From positions 84,694,001 to 84,758,000 of the forward strand of contig NC_058368.1 of NCBI RefSeq assembly GCF_018350175.1: DNA of 64,000 nt, in the 5' to 3' direction. The notes beneath the pieces are model-generated. The model saw only the letters and a list, made by a program, of their open reading frames with translations, did not search any database and was not told where the DNA came from. This stretch comes from Felis catus (lineage: Eukaryota). Made by a program: the position numbers and the translations under genes. Positions 48,737-62,069 of the stretch are shown in pieces; positions within the stretch are counted from its first letter, which is position 1, and every line of letters begins with the position of its first letter.

Positions 48737-51700
48737 TTTTTTTTTTATTTTTTTACCATCCATTTATTTTTTTATTTTTATTTTTTTTCCATTCTTTTTT
48801 TTCCAATATATGAAATTTATTTTCTTTTTTATATTTTTTTATTTTTTTAAAATTTTATATATGAAATTTATTGTCAAATTGGTTTCCATACAACACCCAG
48901 TGCTCATCCCAAAAGGTGCCCTCCTCAATACCCATCACCCACCCTCCCCTCCCTCCCATCCCCCATCAACCCTCAGTTTGTTCTCAGTTTTTAAGAGTCA
49001 CTTATGCTTTGGCTTTCTCCCTCTCTAACCTCTTTTTTTTTTTCCTTCCCCTCCCCCATGGGTTTCTGTTAAGTTTCTCAGGATCCACATAAGAGTGAAA
49101 CCATATGGTATCTGTCTTTCTCTGTATGGCTTATTTCACTTAGCATCACACCCTCCAGTTCCATCCACGTGGCTACAAAGGGCCATATTTCGTTCTTTCT
49201 CATTGCCATGTAGTACTCCATTGTGCATATAAATCATAATTTCTTTATCCATTCATCAGTTGATGGACATTTAGGCTCTTTCCATAATTTGGCTATTGTT
49301 GAGAGTGCTGCTATAAACATTGGGGTACAAGTGCCCCTATGCATCAGTACTCCTGTATCCCTTGGGTAAATTCCTAGCAGTGCTATTGCTGGGTCATAGG
49401 GTAGGTCTATTTTCAATTTTCTGAGGAACCTCCACACTGTTTTCCAGAGTGGCTGCACCAGTTTGCATTCCCACCAACAGTGCAAGAGGGTTCCCATTTC
49501 TCCACATCCTCGCCAGCATCTATAGTCTCCTGATTTGTTCATTTTGGCCACTCTGACTGGCATGAGGTGATATCTGAGTGTGGTTTTGATTTGTATTTCC
49601 CTGATAAGGAGCGACGTTGAGCATCTTTTCATGTGCCTGTTGGCCATCCAGATGTCTTCTTTAGAGAAGTGTCTATTCATGTTTTCTGCCCATTTCTTCA
49701 CTGGGTTATTTGTTTTTCGGGTGTGGAGTTTGGTGAGCTCTTCATAGATTTTGGATACTAGCCCTTTGTCCAATATGTCATTTGCAAATATCTTTTCCCA
49801 TTCCGTTGGTTGCCTTTTAGTTTTGTTGGTTGTTTCCTTTGCTGTGCAGAAGATTTTATCTTCATAAGGTCCCAGTAATTCATTTTTGCTTTTAATTCCC
49901 TTGCCTTTGGGGATGTGTCGAGAAAGAGATTGCTATGGCTGAGGTCAGAGAGGTCTTTTCCTGCTTTCTCCTCTAGGGTGTTGATGGTTTCCTGTCTCAC
50001 ATTCACGTCCTTTATCCATTTTGAGTTTATTTTTGTGAGTGGTGTGAGAAAGTGGTCTAGTTTCAACCTTCTGCATGTTGCTGTCCAGTTGTCCCAGCAC
50101 CATTTGTTAAAGAGACTGTCTTTTTTCCATTGGATGTTCTTTCCTGCTTTGTCAAAGATTAGTTGGCCATACGTTTGTGGGTCTAGTTCTGGGGTTTCTA
50201 TTCTATTCCATTGGACTATGTGTCTGTTTTTGTGCCAATACCATGCTGTCTTGATGATTACAGCTTTGTAGTAGAGGCTAAAGTCTGGGATTGTGATGCT
50301 TCCTGCTTTGGTCTTCTTCTGCAGGATTACTTTGGCTATTCAGGGCCTTTTGTGGTTCCATATGAATTTTAGAATTGCTTGTTCTAGTTTCGAGAAGAAT
50401 GCTGGTGCAATTTTGATTGGGATTGCATTGAATGCGTAGATAGCTTTGGGTAGTATTGACATTTTGACAATATTTATTCTTCCAATCCATGAGCAGGGAA
50501 TGTATTTCCATTTCTTTATTTCTTCTTCAATTACCTTCATAAGCTTTCTATAGTTTTCAGCATACAGATCTTTTACATCTTTGATTAGATTTATTCCTAG
50601 GTATTTTATGCTTCTTGGTGCAATTGTGAATAGGATCAGTTTCTTTATTTGTCTTTCTTTAGCTTCATTGTTAGTGTATAAAAATGCAACTGATTTCTGT
50701 ACATTGATTTCATATCCTGCAACTTTGCTGAATTCATGCATCAGTTCTAGCAGACTTTGGGTGGAGTCTATTGGATTTTCCATGTATAATATCATGTCAT
50801 CTGCAAAAAGCGAAAGCTTGACTTCATCTTTGCCAATTTTGATGCCTTTGATGTCCTTTTGTTGTCTGATTGGTGATGCTAGCACTTCCAACCCTATGTT
50901 AAACAACAGTGGTGAGAGTGGGCATCCCTGTCATGTTCCTGATCTCAGGGATAAAGCTCTCAGCTTTTCTCCATTGAGGATGATGTTAGCTGTGGGCTAT
51001 TCATAAATGGCTTTTATGATCTTTAAGTATGTTCCTTCTATCCCGACTTTCTCAAGGGTTATTATTAAGAAAGGTGCTGGATTTTGTCAAAGGCCTTTTG
51101 TGCATCAGTTGACAGGATCATATGGTTCTTATCTTTTCTTTTATTAATGTGATGTATCACGTTGATGGATTTGCGAATGTTGAACCAGCCCTGCATCCCA
51201 GGAATGAATCCCACTTGATCATGGTGAATAATTCTTTTTATATGCTGTTGAATTCGCTTTGCCAGTATCTTATTGAGAATTTTTGCATCCATATTCATCA
51301 GGGATATTGGCCTGTAGTTCTCTTTTTTTACTGGGTCTCTGTCTGGTTTAGGAATCAAAGTAATACTTGCTTCATAGAATGAGTCTGGAAGTTTTCCTTC
51401 CCTTTCTATTTCTTGGAATAGCTTGAGAAGGATAGGTATTATCTCTGCTTTAAATGTCTGGTAGAACTCCCCTGGGAGGCCATCTGGTCCTGGACTCTTA
51501 TTTGTTGGGAGATTTTTGATAACCGATTCAATTTCTTCGCTGGCTATGGGTCTCTTCAAGCTTTCTATTTCCTCCTGGTTGAGTTTTGGAAGTGTGTGGG
51601 TGTTTAGGAATTTGTCCATTTTTTCCAGGTTGTCCAGTTTGTTGGCATATAATTTTTCATAGTATTCCCTGATCATTGTTTGTATCTCTGAGGGATTGGT

Positions 51701-54315
51701 TGTAATAATTCCATTTTCATTCATGATTTTATCTATTTGGGTCATCTCCCTTTTCTTTTTGAGAAGCCTGGCTAGAGGTTTGTCAATTTTGTTTATTTTT
51801 TCAAAAAACCAACTCTTGGTTTCATTGATCTGCTCTGCAGTTTTTTTAGATTCTATATTGTTCATTTCTCCTCTGATCTTTATTATTTCTCTTCTTCTGC
51901 TGGGTTTAGGGTGTCTTTGCTGTTCTGCTTCTATTTCCTTTAGGTGTGCTGTTAGATTTTGTATTTGGGATTTTTCTTGTTTCTTGAGATAGGCCTGGAT
52001 TGCAATGTATTTTCGTCTCAGGACTGTCTTCGCTGCGTCCCAAAGCGTTTGGATTATTGTATTTTCATTTTCGTTTCCATATATTTTTTAATTTCTTCTC
52101 TAATTGCCTGGTTGACCCATTCATTCTTTAGTAGGGTGTTCTTTAACCTCCATGCCTTTGGAGGTTTTCCAGACTTTTTCCTGTGGTTGATTTCAAGCTT
52201 CATAGCATTGTGGTCTGAAAGTATGCATGGTATAATTTCAATTCTTGTATATTTATGAAGGGCTGTTTTGTGACCCAGTATATGATCTATCTTGGAGAAT
52301 GTTCCATGTGCACTCGAGAAGAAAGTATATTCTGTTGCTTTGGGATGCAGAGTTCTAAATATATCTGTCAAGTCCATCTGATCCAATGTATCATTCAGGG
52401 CCCTTGTTTCTTTATTGACCGTGTGTCTAGATGATCTATCCATTTCTGTGAGTGGAGTGTTAAAGTGCCCTGCAATTACCACATTCTTATCAATAAGGTT
52501 GCTTATGTTTATGAGTAATTGTTTTATATATTTGGGGGCTCCGGTATTTGGCGCATAGACATTTATAATTGTTAGCTCTTCCTGATGGATGGACCCTGTA
52601 ATTATTCTATAATGCCCTTCTTCATCTCTTGTTACATCCTTTAATTTAAAGTCTAGTTTGTCTGATATAAGTATGACTACTCCAGCTTTCTTTTGGCTTC
52701 CAGTAGCATGATAAATAGTTCTCCATCCCCTCACTCTCAATCTAAACGTGTCCTCAGGTCTAAAATGAGTCTCTTGTAGAAAGCAAATAGATGGGTCTTG
52801 TTTTTTTTATCCATTCTGATACCCTATGTTTTTTGGTTGGCGCATTTAGTCCATTTACATTCAGTGTTATTATAGAAAGATATGGGTTTAGAGTTATTGT
52901 GATGTCTGTATGTTTTATGCTTGTAGAGATGTCTCTGGTACTTTGTCTCACAGGATCCCCCTTAGGATCTCTTGTAGGGCTGGTTTAGTGGTGATGAATT
53001 CCTTCAGTTTTTGTTTGTTTGGGAAGACCCTTATCTCTCCTTCTATTCTAAATGACAGACTTGCTGGATAAAGGATTCTCGGCTGCATATTTTTTCTGTC
53101 TAGCACCCTGAAAATCTCGTGCCAATTCTTTCTGGCCTGCCAAGTTTCAAAAGAGAGATCAGTCACGAGTCTTATAGGTCTCCCTTTATATGTTAGGGCA
53201 CGTTTATCCCTCGCTGCTTTCAGAATTTTCTCTTTATCCTTGTATTTTGTCAGTTTCACTATGATATGTCCTGCAGAAGATCGATTCAAGTTACGTCTGA
53301 AGGGAGTTCTCTGTGCCTCTTGGATTTCAATGCTTTTTTCCTTCCCCAGTTCAGGGCAGTTCTCAGCTATTATTTCTTCAAATACATCTTCAGCACCTTT
53401 CCCTCTCTCTTCCTCCTCTGGAATACCAATAATGCGTATATTATTTCTTTTTAGTGCATCACTTAGTTCTCTACTTTTCCCCTCATACTCCTGGATTTTT
53501 TTTGTCTCTCTTTTCCTCAGCTTCCTCTTTTTCCATAATTTTATCTTCTAGTTCACCTATTCTCTCTTCTGCCTCTTCAATCTGAGCCGTGGTCATTTCC
53601 ATTTTATTTTGCATCTCGTTTAAAGCGTTTTTCAGCTCTTTCTGACTGTTCCTTAGTCCCTTGATCTCTGTAGCAAGAGATTCTCTGCTGTCCTGTATAC
53701 TGTTTTCAAGCCCTGCAATTAATTTTATGACTATTATTCTAAATTCACTTTCTGTTATATTATTTAAATCCTTTTTGATCAGCTCATTAGCTGTTGTTAT
53801 TTCCTGGAGATTCTTTTGAGGGGAATTCTTCCGTTTGGTCATTTTGGATAATCCCTGTAGTGGCGCGGACCTGCAGGGCACTTTCCCTGTGCTGTGGTGT
53901 ATAACTGGAGTTTTTGGGTGGGGCCCCAGTCAGACCTGATGTCTGCCCCCAGCCCACCACTGGGGCCACAGTCAGACTGGTGTGTGCCTTCTCTTCCCCT
54001 CTCCTAGGGGCGGGATTCACTGTGGGGTGGTGTGGCCCATCTGGGCTACTTGCACACTGCCAGTCTTGTGGTGCTGGGGATCTGGCCTATTAGCTGGGGT
54101 GGGTAGGCAAGGTGCACGGGGTCAGGAGGGGCAGGCTTAGTTCGCTTCTCCTTCGGTGATCCACTTCAGGGGGGGCCCTGTGGCAGTGGAGGGAGTCATA
54201 CCCGCTGCTGGAGCGGTGGCTCTGCAGAAGCACAGCGTTGGGTGTTTGCGGGAACAAGCAAATTCCCTGGCAGGAACTGGTTCCTTTTGGGATTTTGGCT
54301 GGGGAATGGGCGACG
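48737..54315 (-). mobile_element. Relatively young felid LINE-1, 5' UTR truncated, ORF1 and ORF2 broken by a few frameshifts
   Basis: Long consecutive ORF2 fragments (52054..52740 endonuclease, 51065..51865, 50340..50906 with LFADDMILY, 49234..49773 Cys-rich) and ORF1 in two pieces (53483..53881, 52948..53289); T-rich tail 48737-48850. Confidence 0.97.
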
Positions 54316-54468
54316 GGTTCAAGCACTATTCTAAATGTAAAGTGAAATGAAAATTACTGGGAAACCATCCATCAAAGGTAAGCAAAACCAAGAAAGCAAC
54401 AAGCACTCACTGGAACTCTGGCAGTCTGTAACCACGTGGATCCTCTACCTGCAAGTGATTGTTTAAAT

Positions 54469-54682
54469 TTTTTTTTAATGTTTATTTTTGAGACAGAGAG
54501 AGACAGAGCATGAACAGGGGAGGGGCAGAGAGAGAGGGAAACACAGAATCTGAAACAGGCTCCAGGCTCTGAGCTGTCAGCACAGAGCCCAACACGGGGC
54601 TCGAACTCATGGACCGTGAGATCATGACCATGACCTGAGCCAAAGTCTGATGCTTAACTGACTGAACCACCCAGGCACCCTT
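54469..54682 (-). mobile_element. Felid SINE inserted in ERV gag
   Basis: Typical body; perfect 16-bp TSD aagtgattgtttaaat (54453-54468, 54685-54700). Confidence 0.95.
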
Positions 54683-56734
54683 GAAAGTGATTGTTTAAAT
54701 AGAGGATCTAATCAAGGGTAACCTGAGCCTCAGATGGTCCCAATGGGGTTCTTTTGACATGTCTAAATTGATTTTCTTGAGTGTACAATTTAAGAGAGCA
54801 GCTACAAAACTAAACTATATGAATGGGAACCATACTTTAACTGGTGTATAGTAACTTTTAAAAGAGAAAGTGATAAGCTGCTTTCATTACAGGAAACTAA
54901 TGAGGCACTTTTAGACATGATAGAAAAACTGAAAAAGGGCCCAAAACAGCTACTGAAATTCTTTTTCTCCCTACCTTTCTATACCCACTTCTAACTGAAC
55001 TCGTATTTTGACTCATTTACCCTACCTCCACAATCTTTTTCTTCTGAAAGCTCTAAGCATCATAAGCTAGCTACCAAAGACATAAAGGTTATTGCAGCTC
55101 CATTCAATGAAAAGCTCATTATAGGGAAAGGTGAACCAGCCCTCATTTATGCTCCATGAACAAGGACAGAACTTAAAAATCTGACTAAGGACTTGCCCAA
55201 CGTATTGCAGATCCCTATAAGTTTGTTCAGGAATTTTACCTTATTTTAAAGGCAAAGAAGTCAGGGTATCATGAGTTATAGCGACTTATGCATATGCTGA
55301 TTCTGACAGCAAAGCCAAAGTATAAATGAAAAAAATAGAAATGGAAAAATCCTATAAAGGATTTTCCTAAATATGAATCATATGGTTTAGAAAGAGATAG
55401 ATATATTGCTCATAGACTATCTCAGGCAAAATCTACTATATTCCCTAAAAAATCGACTGGACTAAAATTCAACTATATAGACACAAATAAGGAGAATACA
55501 TGTTTGATTTTTTATGATTTTAAAGTTTTCAGGGATGTCTCCTGTAAGTTTTCAAAATCATCAAAATAACCCATTGCTAAATTCTACCTTCTCAGAAGAC
55601 TTAGATGAAAAGTTGGCTACCGTCATTAGACAATGTGATGTGGAATGGGCCTCCTTAGCCACTTCTGCTCTCATATCTTTTCTATATCAGTCACCTAAAA
55701 CACAACAATAGCAAAAAGAGAAAGCTAAACCTATCAAGGTCATGAATTTTCAACTTCAACAGTTAACTAAAGCTCATAAAAACATTCCAAAGGATAAAAT
55801 AAAATTCAACTTATGACCATACATGTTATTATTATAAAAAGCTTGGTCATATTAAAATAGAGTGTCATAAATTGAAATGGGATTTGAAAACAACATAATA
55901 AAAAAGAAATAATAGAGGTGCTAATATAAAATCAAGAGATATTCCCCTTATTCCTTGCCAATACTTTAGGAAAAATTGATATTAATATAGATGGTGAAAT
56001 TAATAAGGCCTTCAGGGTCACAGGAGACACATTATTTGTACTTAGCCCTACTGTGATACACTGCCCTCTTTAGAGTAAAGAAATTATCCAAATGATAGGG
56101 TTTCAAATCAACCTCTCCAGGTATATAAATCTAAACCTATGACTTTCCCACTCAGAGATGTAACAGGACAATATATTTTCCATTTGGTACATTGTGATCC
56201 AATTCATCTAGTTGGTGATGATTTTTTTACAAAAATAAAATACTCATATCTCTTTCTCACAGAAAGGAAAATTGTGTTTAAATTTAGAAAATATAATTGA
56301 AGCTCAAAAGGATATTTCTGCAAGGGTTATGGTTTTATGTCAAGCTAATCAAGGCTGTAAAGTTAACAAGCATTTCTTATCTCACGTGCCAGAATAATTA
56401 TGATCCTCTTCTTCCAATGATATAGGAAAATTTAAGTTTGCCCCTCCAATAAAATAACTATAGATGAATCCAAACCATTGCCCAGTATTTTCAAATATTC
56501 ACTAAAATCTGAATCTATAAATGGAATTAGGACAATTATTCAAGATTACTTAAAAAGGAAACATTCCTTGTAGTACCCCCTTGTAACACTCCAATATTTA
56601 TGGAACAAAAGCTCATGATAAAGGGTGGAGATTTGTCAAAGATTTGAGATCCATAATCACCATTGTCATGCAAACCCACCTTATAGTTCCTAATCCCCAT
56701 GCAATACTTTCTGCTATACCCACTGATGCCTAGA

Positions 56735-56825
56735 TCGATAGATAGAGATATAGATGTGACATAGATATAGATACAAATATAAATATATAGATATAGATAT
56801 ATAGACAGACAGATTTTTTTTTTAA
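56735..56825. repeat. (GATA/TA)-type microsatellite interrupting ERV RT
   Basis: Seen directly. Confidence 0.85.
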
Positions 56826-57354
56826 CCAGTTTACCTAAGGGGTGCTTTTTCTTCTTTAACATTCATGCAGGTAAGGATAGTCAATATCCATTTGCCTTCT
56901 CTTGGGAAGGTCGTCAATATGATTGGACTGTAATGCCACAGGGATATTTTTCTCTGATCTTAAGAGCTGATTTAGAAGAAATGAATTTTTCCTGAACACT
57001 CTACTCTTATTCAATATGTAGATCGCCTACTGCTGTGCTTAAACGCAGAAACAAATTCTCAAAAGGACTCTATTTTTTTTGTTGTTGTTAAAACAACTGG
57101 CCTCTCAGTGCCATAAAGTCTCAAGAAACATATTGCAATTTTACTTATCTATAGTAAAATACCATCAAAATAGGATAATATCAAAAGATGGCCTATTGAC
57201 AGATGCTGAAAAAATAAGAGGAATTTTTTTTTTTTCCATTTGCCCAAAACCAAGAGATAATTAAGAGGATTTCTAGGGCTTATAAGCTATTGCCAAAACT
57301 AGATACCTAATTTTTCCTATTATAATTCAACCTTTATGTAATATATTTAAGATA

Positions 57355-57520
57355 GTGGCACCTGGGTCTCTCAGCCAGTTAAGCATATGACTCTTGATTT
57401 TGGCTCAAATCATGATCTCATGGCCCATGGGTTTGAACCTGTGTCGGGCTCCACACTGACAGTTCATGGCCTACTTCAAATTATTTCTGTCTCCCACACA
57501 CAAATAAATAAGTAAACTTT
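57355..57520 (+). mobile_element. Can-SINE, diverged, in ERV pol
   Basis: ggcacctgggtctctcagccagttaagc, catgatctca, aataaataagtaaa tail. Confidence 0.82.
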
Positions 57521-57549
57521 TAAAACTCTATTAAAGTTAAACCAACCTT

Positions 57550-57771
57550 GGGGCGCCTGGGTGGCGCAGTCGGTTAAGCGTCCGACTTCAGCCAGGTCAC
57601 GATCTCGCGGTCCGGGAGTTCGATCCCCGCGTCGGGCTCTGGGCTGATGGCTCAGAGCCTGGAGCCTGTTTCCGATTCTGTGTCTCCCTCTTTCTCTGCC
57701 CCTCCCCTATTCATGCTCTGTCTCTCTCTGTCCCAAAAATAAATAAACGTTGGAAAAAAAATTTTAAAAAT
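57550..57771 (+). mobile_element. Young felid SINE (SINEC_Fc type) in ERV pol
   Basis: ggggcgcctgggtggcgcagtcggttaagcgtccgacttc, CpGs intact; TSD aaagttaaaccaa(c/t)ctt. Confidence 0.96.
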
Positions 57772-58860
57772 AAAGTTAAACCAATCTTGACCCATGATCT
57801 GGACCCCTGAAGGACAAAAATCTGCAGAAACACTAAGGTATATATTAACTCAGACCCTAGTTTCAGGTCACCTTAACTATAAATTACCTTTTTTCCCCTT
57901 TATACATGAAAATAGAGGGCATTACCTATGAGTATTAGCTCAAAAACATAGTGATTACTATCATCCACTAAGATATCATAGCCAGCAACTAGATTCAGAG
58001 GCTAAAGCGTCCTTTCTCTCTTGTTTAAGGGCTATTTCTGCCACATCCCTCCACTGTAAAGCCACTGGAAAAATAATTATGAGCTCTTCTTTAATTATCT
58101 ATGTGCGTCACTCAGCTGAAGGCCTTCTGAATGCTTATTATACCCAACATTTCTCTGCTAGCTGACTTGCTTCTTATGAATCATTCTTATCTGCAACTAC
58201 CATCACCTAATGCAATGGCATATTCTGAATCCTTCTTTCACTTTACTACCCACACTAGAGGGCACTTAACACCTTAATACTAATGATTGTATTATGTTAA
58301 CTGATTATCTTCTTACACCAGGAAATTATTTACAGGGAATGCCTCTTGATAATGAAGATCTAACATGGTCCACCATCAAGTTTTATCTAAGGATGAACAA
58401 GGACATTACCAAGCTGGGTATGCTATCATATCACTACCTGATATTATTGAAAGCTCTTATTTACAAAGCGTTAAGTAAACTCAACAGGCAGAATTGATAG
58501 CTCTCATTAGAGCTTGCCAGCTAGCAAAAGATAAAATTGCTAATATGTATAGTTACAGCCATTATATTTTTGGAGTCACTCATTACTTTGGCATACTATG
58601 GAAATAAAGAGAATTTCTGACCTCTACTAGACAACCTATTAAAAAAATGGAAAATAAGTAGCCCAATTACTAGAAGCTATACAATTACTAAAACAACTTT
58701 CTATTAAAAACTTCTTGTACAAGCAAATGCAGACACCACAGAAGTTAAAGGAAACAATTTAGCTGATTCAGCTGCCAACCTGGCAGCCTTGAAGGTGGAC
58801 TTGACACATATTCTTGAGTGTTCCTTTAATCTCTATTAGTTTTCATTAAAAAAAAATCTT

Positions 58861-59060
58861 GGGGCACCTGGGTTGTTCAGTTGGTTAAGTGATCGACTCT
58901 GGATTTCAGCTCTGGGCATAATCTCATGATTCAAAAGATCAAGCCCATGTTGGGCTCCATGATGACAGCATGGAGCCTGCTTGGGTTTCTTTCTCTCCCT
59001 TGCTCCCTGCCCCTCCCCTGTTTCCTTTTACTCTCAAAATAAATAAATAAACTTTAAAAA
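58861..59060 (+). mobile_element. Can-SINE in ERV pol
   Basis: ggggcacctgggttgttcagttggttaag head, (AAAT)n tail, flanking aaaaatctt repeats. Confidence 0.9.
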
Positions 59061-62000
59061 TCTTATTTTGAAGGCATAAGAAAATATTTCTAAGAAAAAA
59101 AGGCGGGGTCGAATTAGACTCCCTATCACAGATATGGGAAGGGCCAATAGAAAACCCATTGTTTCTTAGTTCCCAGATGCCCCTTTTATTATATTTTCAT
59201 CAATTAATTAATTGGGGACCTGAAAAATAACGGGGAAAACAATACATTTGGAAAATTCTCCCAAAAGCTGCTTATAAGCTATATAAACACTGTACAATTT
59301 GTCTTAAACACAATTACTGAGTGGATCTCAAGGTCTTTTCCATTCCTAGAGTCCCTTTGAAATATGACACATCGACTTTATTCATTTACCACTTACTCAA
59401 GGATGTAAATATGTTTTGATTATGAATTACATGTTTTCTCACTGGGTCAAAGTCTTCCCCTGTTAGATAGCTGCTGCCTTCACAGTAGCTAAAATATTAA
59501 TTGAAAGTAATTATTCCTGATTGGGTAGTTCCTTCAGAACTAGATAGTGACAAAGTCTCCCATTTCACAGAACAAATAATTGAAACAATATGCAATGTTT
59601 GGCCAATAATGCAGCATTTTCACTGTGCTTATCATCCTCAATCTTCTGGATTGGTAGAAAGAACTAATGGCGCAATTAAAATTTAATTAACAAAATTTTC
59701 TGAAGCTTTTAACCAACCATAGCCAAAAGTTCTTCCACTGGTGTGTTTGATTCTCAGGTCTACTCCTTTAGCCAAACATCAACTTTACCTATTTGAAATG
59801 ATAACAGGATGACCTATGAGGTTTAAAAAAGGGTGATATGAGCCCACCTTATTAAAAGGGAATATACTATCCTATTGTCAAGGCCTAATTCAGGTCCCAA
59901 AACAAAGTACTGGTTTGATTTCTGACTTCCTAAATTAGTTCTCAAAAAAAGGAGAGAGAGACAGAGAGAGAGAGCAAAGGAAAGGACCTCACCAGGTACT
60001 CTTAAAATATTCCTGTGCTTCCAAGTTAAGGGAAATAAGCTCACAGATCCATGTTTATCACTTTAAAAAAGTCACCTTCACCTGAGTGGACTTCAACTCC
60101 TATTTATGACACTGGGCTCCTCCTAAAGCAACATTTGCTGTTAACCAGGATGAGAAACAGATGAAAACTGAGTAGACAGCTAATCCCCAGATTGAGGACC
60201 AAGCCTGTTCTATTTTTCAGTATGCTTTGCAACTCTGTAAACTTAGATTATCGTAAGCCTGCATATTTATCTCCACCCCCTTTTCTATTACACCGTGATA
60301 AAATCTTCTGTTTACATGCTAGATTTACTAATGTCACCGGAAGAGCACCACAGCTATACACTATACTGACAACTTACACCACATGTTTATGACTCCATAG
60401 AGTAGTTCAAATAGGCATTTAACTTTTGGTGCCTACTTATTGGGATATATTTATTATAGGAAACACATGCTAGGATTAATGTTCTAATAAATATCACCAA
60501 ATTCAAATCCTACCTGTATAATTTATAATACTCAGCAAACTGATCACTGTGTTTCAATAAATTTGGATGATTTTTTTGCAATAGACTGCAGAATATGAAA
60601 GACAACGATTAGCAGCAGCTTGCCCTAGCTTCCAAAATATTCAATCTATACACAAGCCATGGTGTTTGGATGAAATAGATTAAGACAAATAAACAAAAGA
60701 AATAAAAACATATAAAAAATAAAGGAAAGAAAAGAGAAAAAAAACTATTAGGAATAAATTGATGGTCACAACCTCCCCCATATACTAATTCAAGTATAAG
60801 ACCATGAATGTTATGGGAAACCTTTTGATACACACAAAACAAATTGTGCTTCAAAATAACTAATACCAAATTAACTTTGACATGGGGAGCTCAAAATTTT
60901 TGGGTTCAAAATTTGTACCCAAACTGTACTAAGGCTATTACTTTACAATGGCAACAACACCTATGGTGGATTAATAAACATTAGCTCCAAAGAACAAAGA
61001 GCTTTGGGAGCCTTGGGGTTGAACTTGGAATTTTAGGGTAAACAGAATTTGTCTTTACTAAGGAAAGGTACACCAAAAAGGAAAACAAATTTGTAGAAAA
61101 GGGGAAACTAGAGTGGTTACTTCAAGATGAGAGTCAAGGTTGTAAAGCTACCTGGGCTGATAACTTAGAAGTAATAAATTGGATAAACCAAGCCCAAAAC
61201 CTTATAGAAACAAATGCCAGCACTCAGCAATGGGAAAGGGCATGAAGTTTAATGAAACAAGGTTTATATGATAGGTTAATTCATATGGGATCAAAAGTGG
61301 CCATGAATCAGTGGTCATCTGCATTAACAACAACAGCCCTAAATATGATTTTATGAAAATTACATAGTCTTCCTAACCTATGAAAAATTACTAAACAAAC
61401 TTGTAACTTATACTTTTGTTCTGTCACTGCCTTGATGCATAAATTAGTCACAAATCATATTTATGATGTTGAATTTGTTGATATTGGGATGATTATTAAT
61501 TCTACATGTATTCTTATTGGAACAGGATTATCTTTACTGCATCATAATACATTTTGGACCTGGATATCTACATATGTTTGTGAGATGAGAAAAGGGATAT
61601 AGCTTTGTCCAGAAAAATAAAGGAGTCCAGAAATTTACAACAGCCAACTTTATTGTTATAACACCAGCTCAATCTAACATATGGCATAAGAGTAAAGGAA
61701 GGTTCTGTTGGGGGGGAGGTCAACAGAACACCTCTATAAAAATCTTGATGTTGTATTTTAATGAAACCATGTTTCCCCATGATTTCACCTCTATTTGGTA
61801 TAAAACTAGATTTGTCACACAAACACTATTACCACAGGTTAATAAAAGCTTTACCAACATATATACATATGTTGATTATCAGATGTTCTGGGATGTAAAA
61901 CTACATACACCCAAGATATAGTATCTATGAAAACCAATTTGCCAGAGAATATGTACAAATAGTAACTAATAATGTAATTAAATGTTAATCAATTAGCACA

Positions 62001-62069
62001 CACATTCTATAAAGTACAAAAAACTGTTGACAAAGAAGAAAACAAGTTTTACAATTAATTCAAGAATAT

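Larger units (their letters stand above)
54320..62065 (+). mobile_element. Degenerate class I (gamma-like) endogenous retrovirus internal region: gag-pro-pol-env-like, no LTRs seen
   Basis: Gag-like tggggttcttttgac (WGSFD, ~54744); protease-like VTGDTLFVL (~56016); RT YPFAFSWEG and QYVDRLLLC (~57012, broken YVDD); RNase H-like caggcagaattgatagctctc (~58484); integrase HIDFIHLP and HCAYHPQSSGLVERTNG (ORF 59501..59686); env-like remainder. Many stops. Confidence 0.88.

Noticed and set aside
57550..57635. tRNA gene
   Set aside because: It is the tRNA-derived head of a Can-SINE, followed by the SINE body and A tail.
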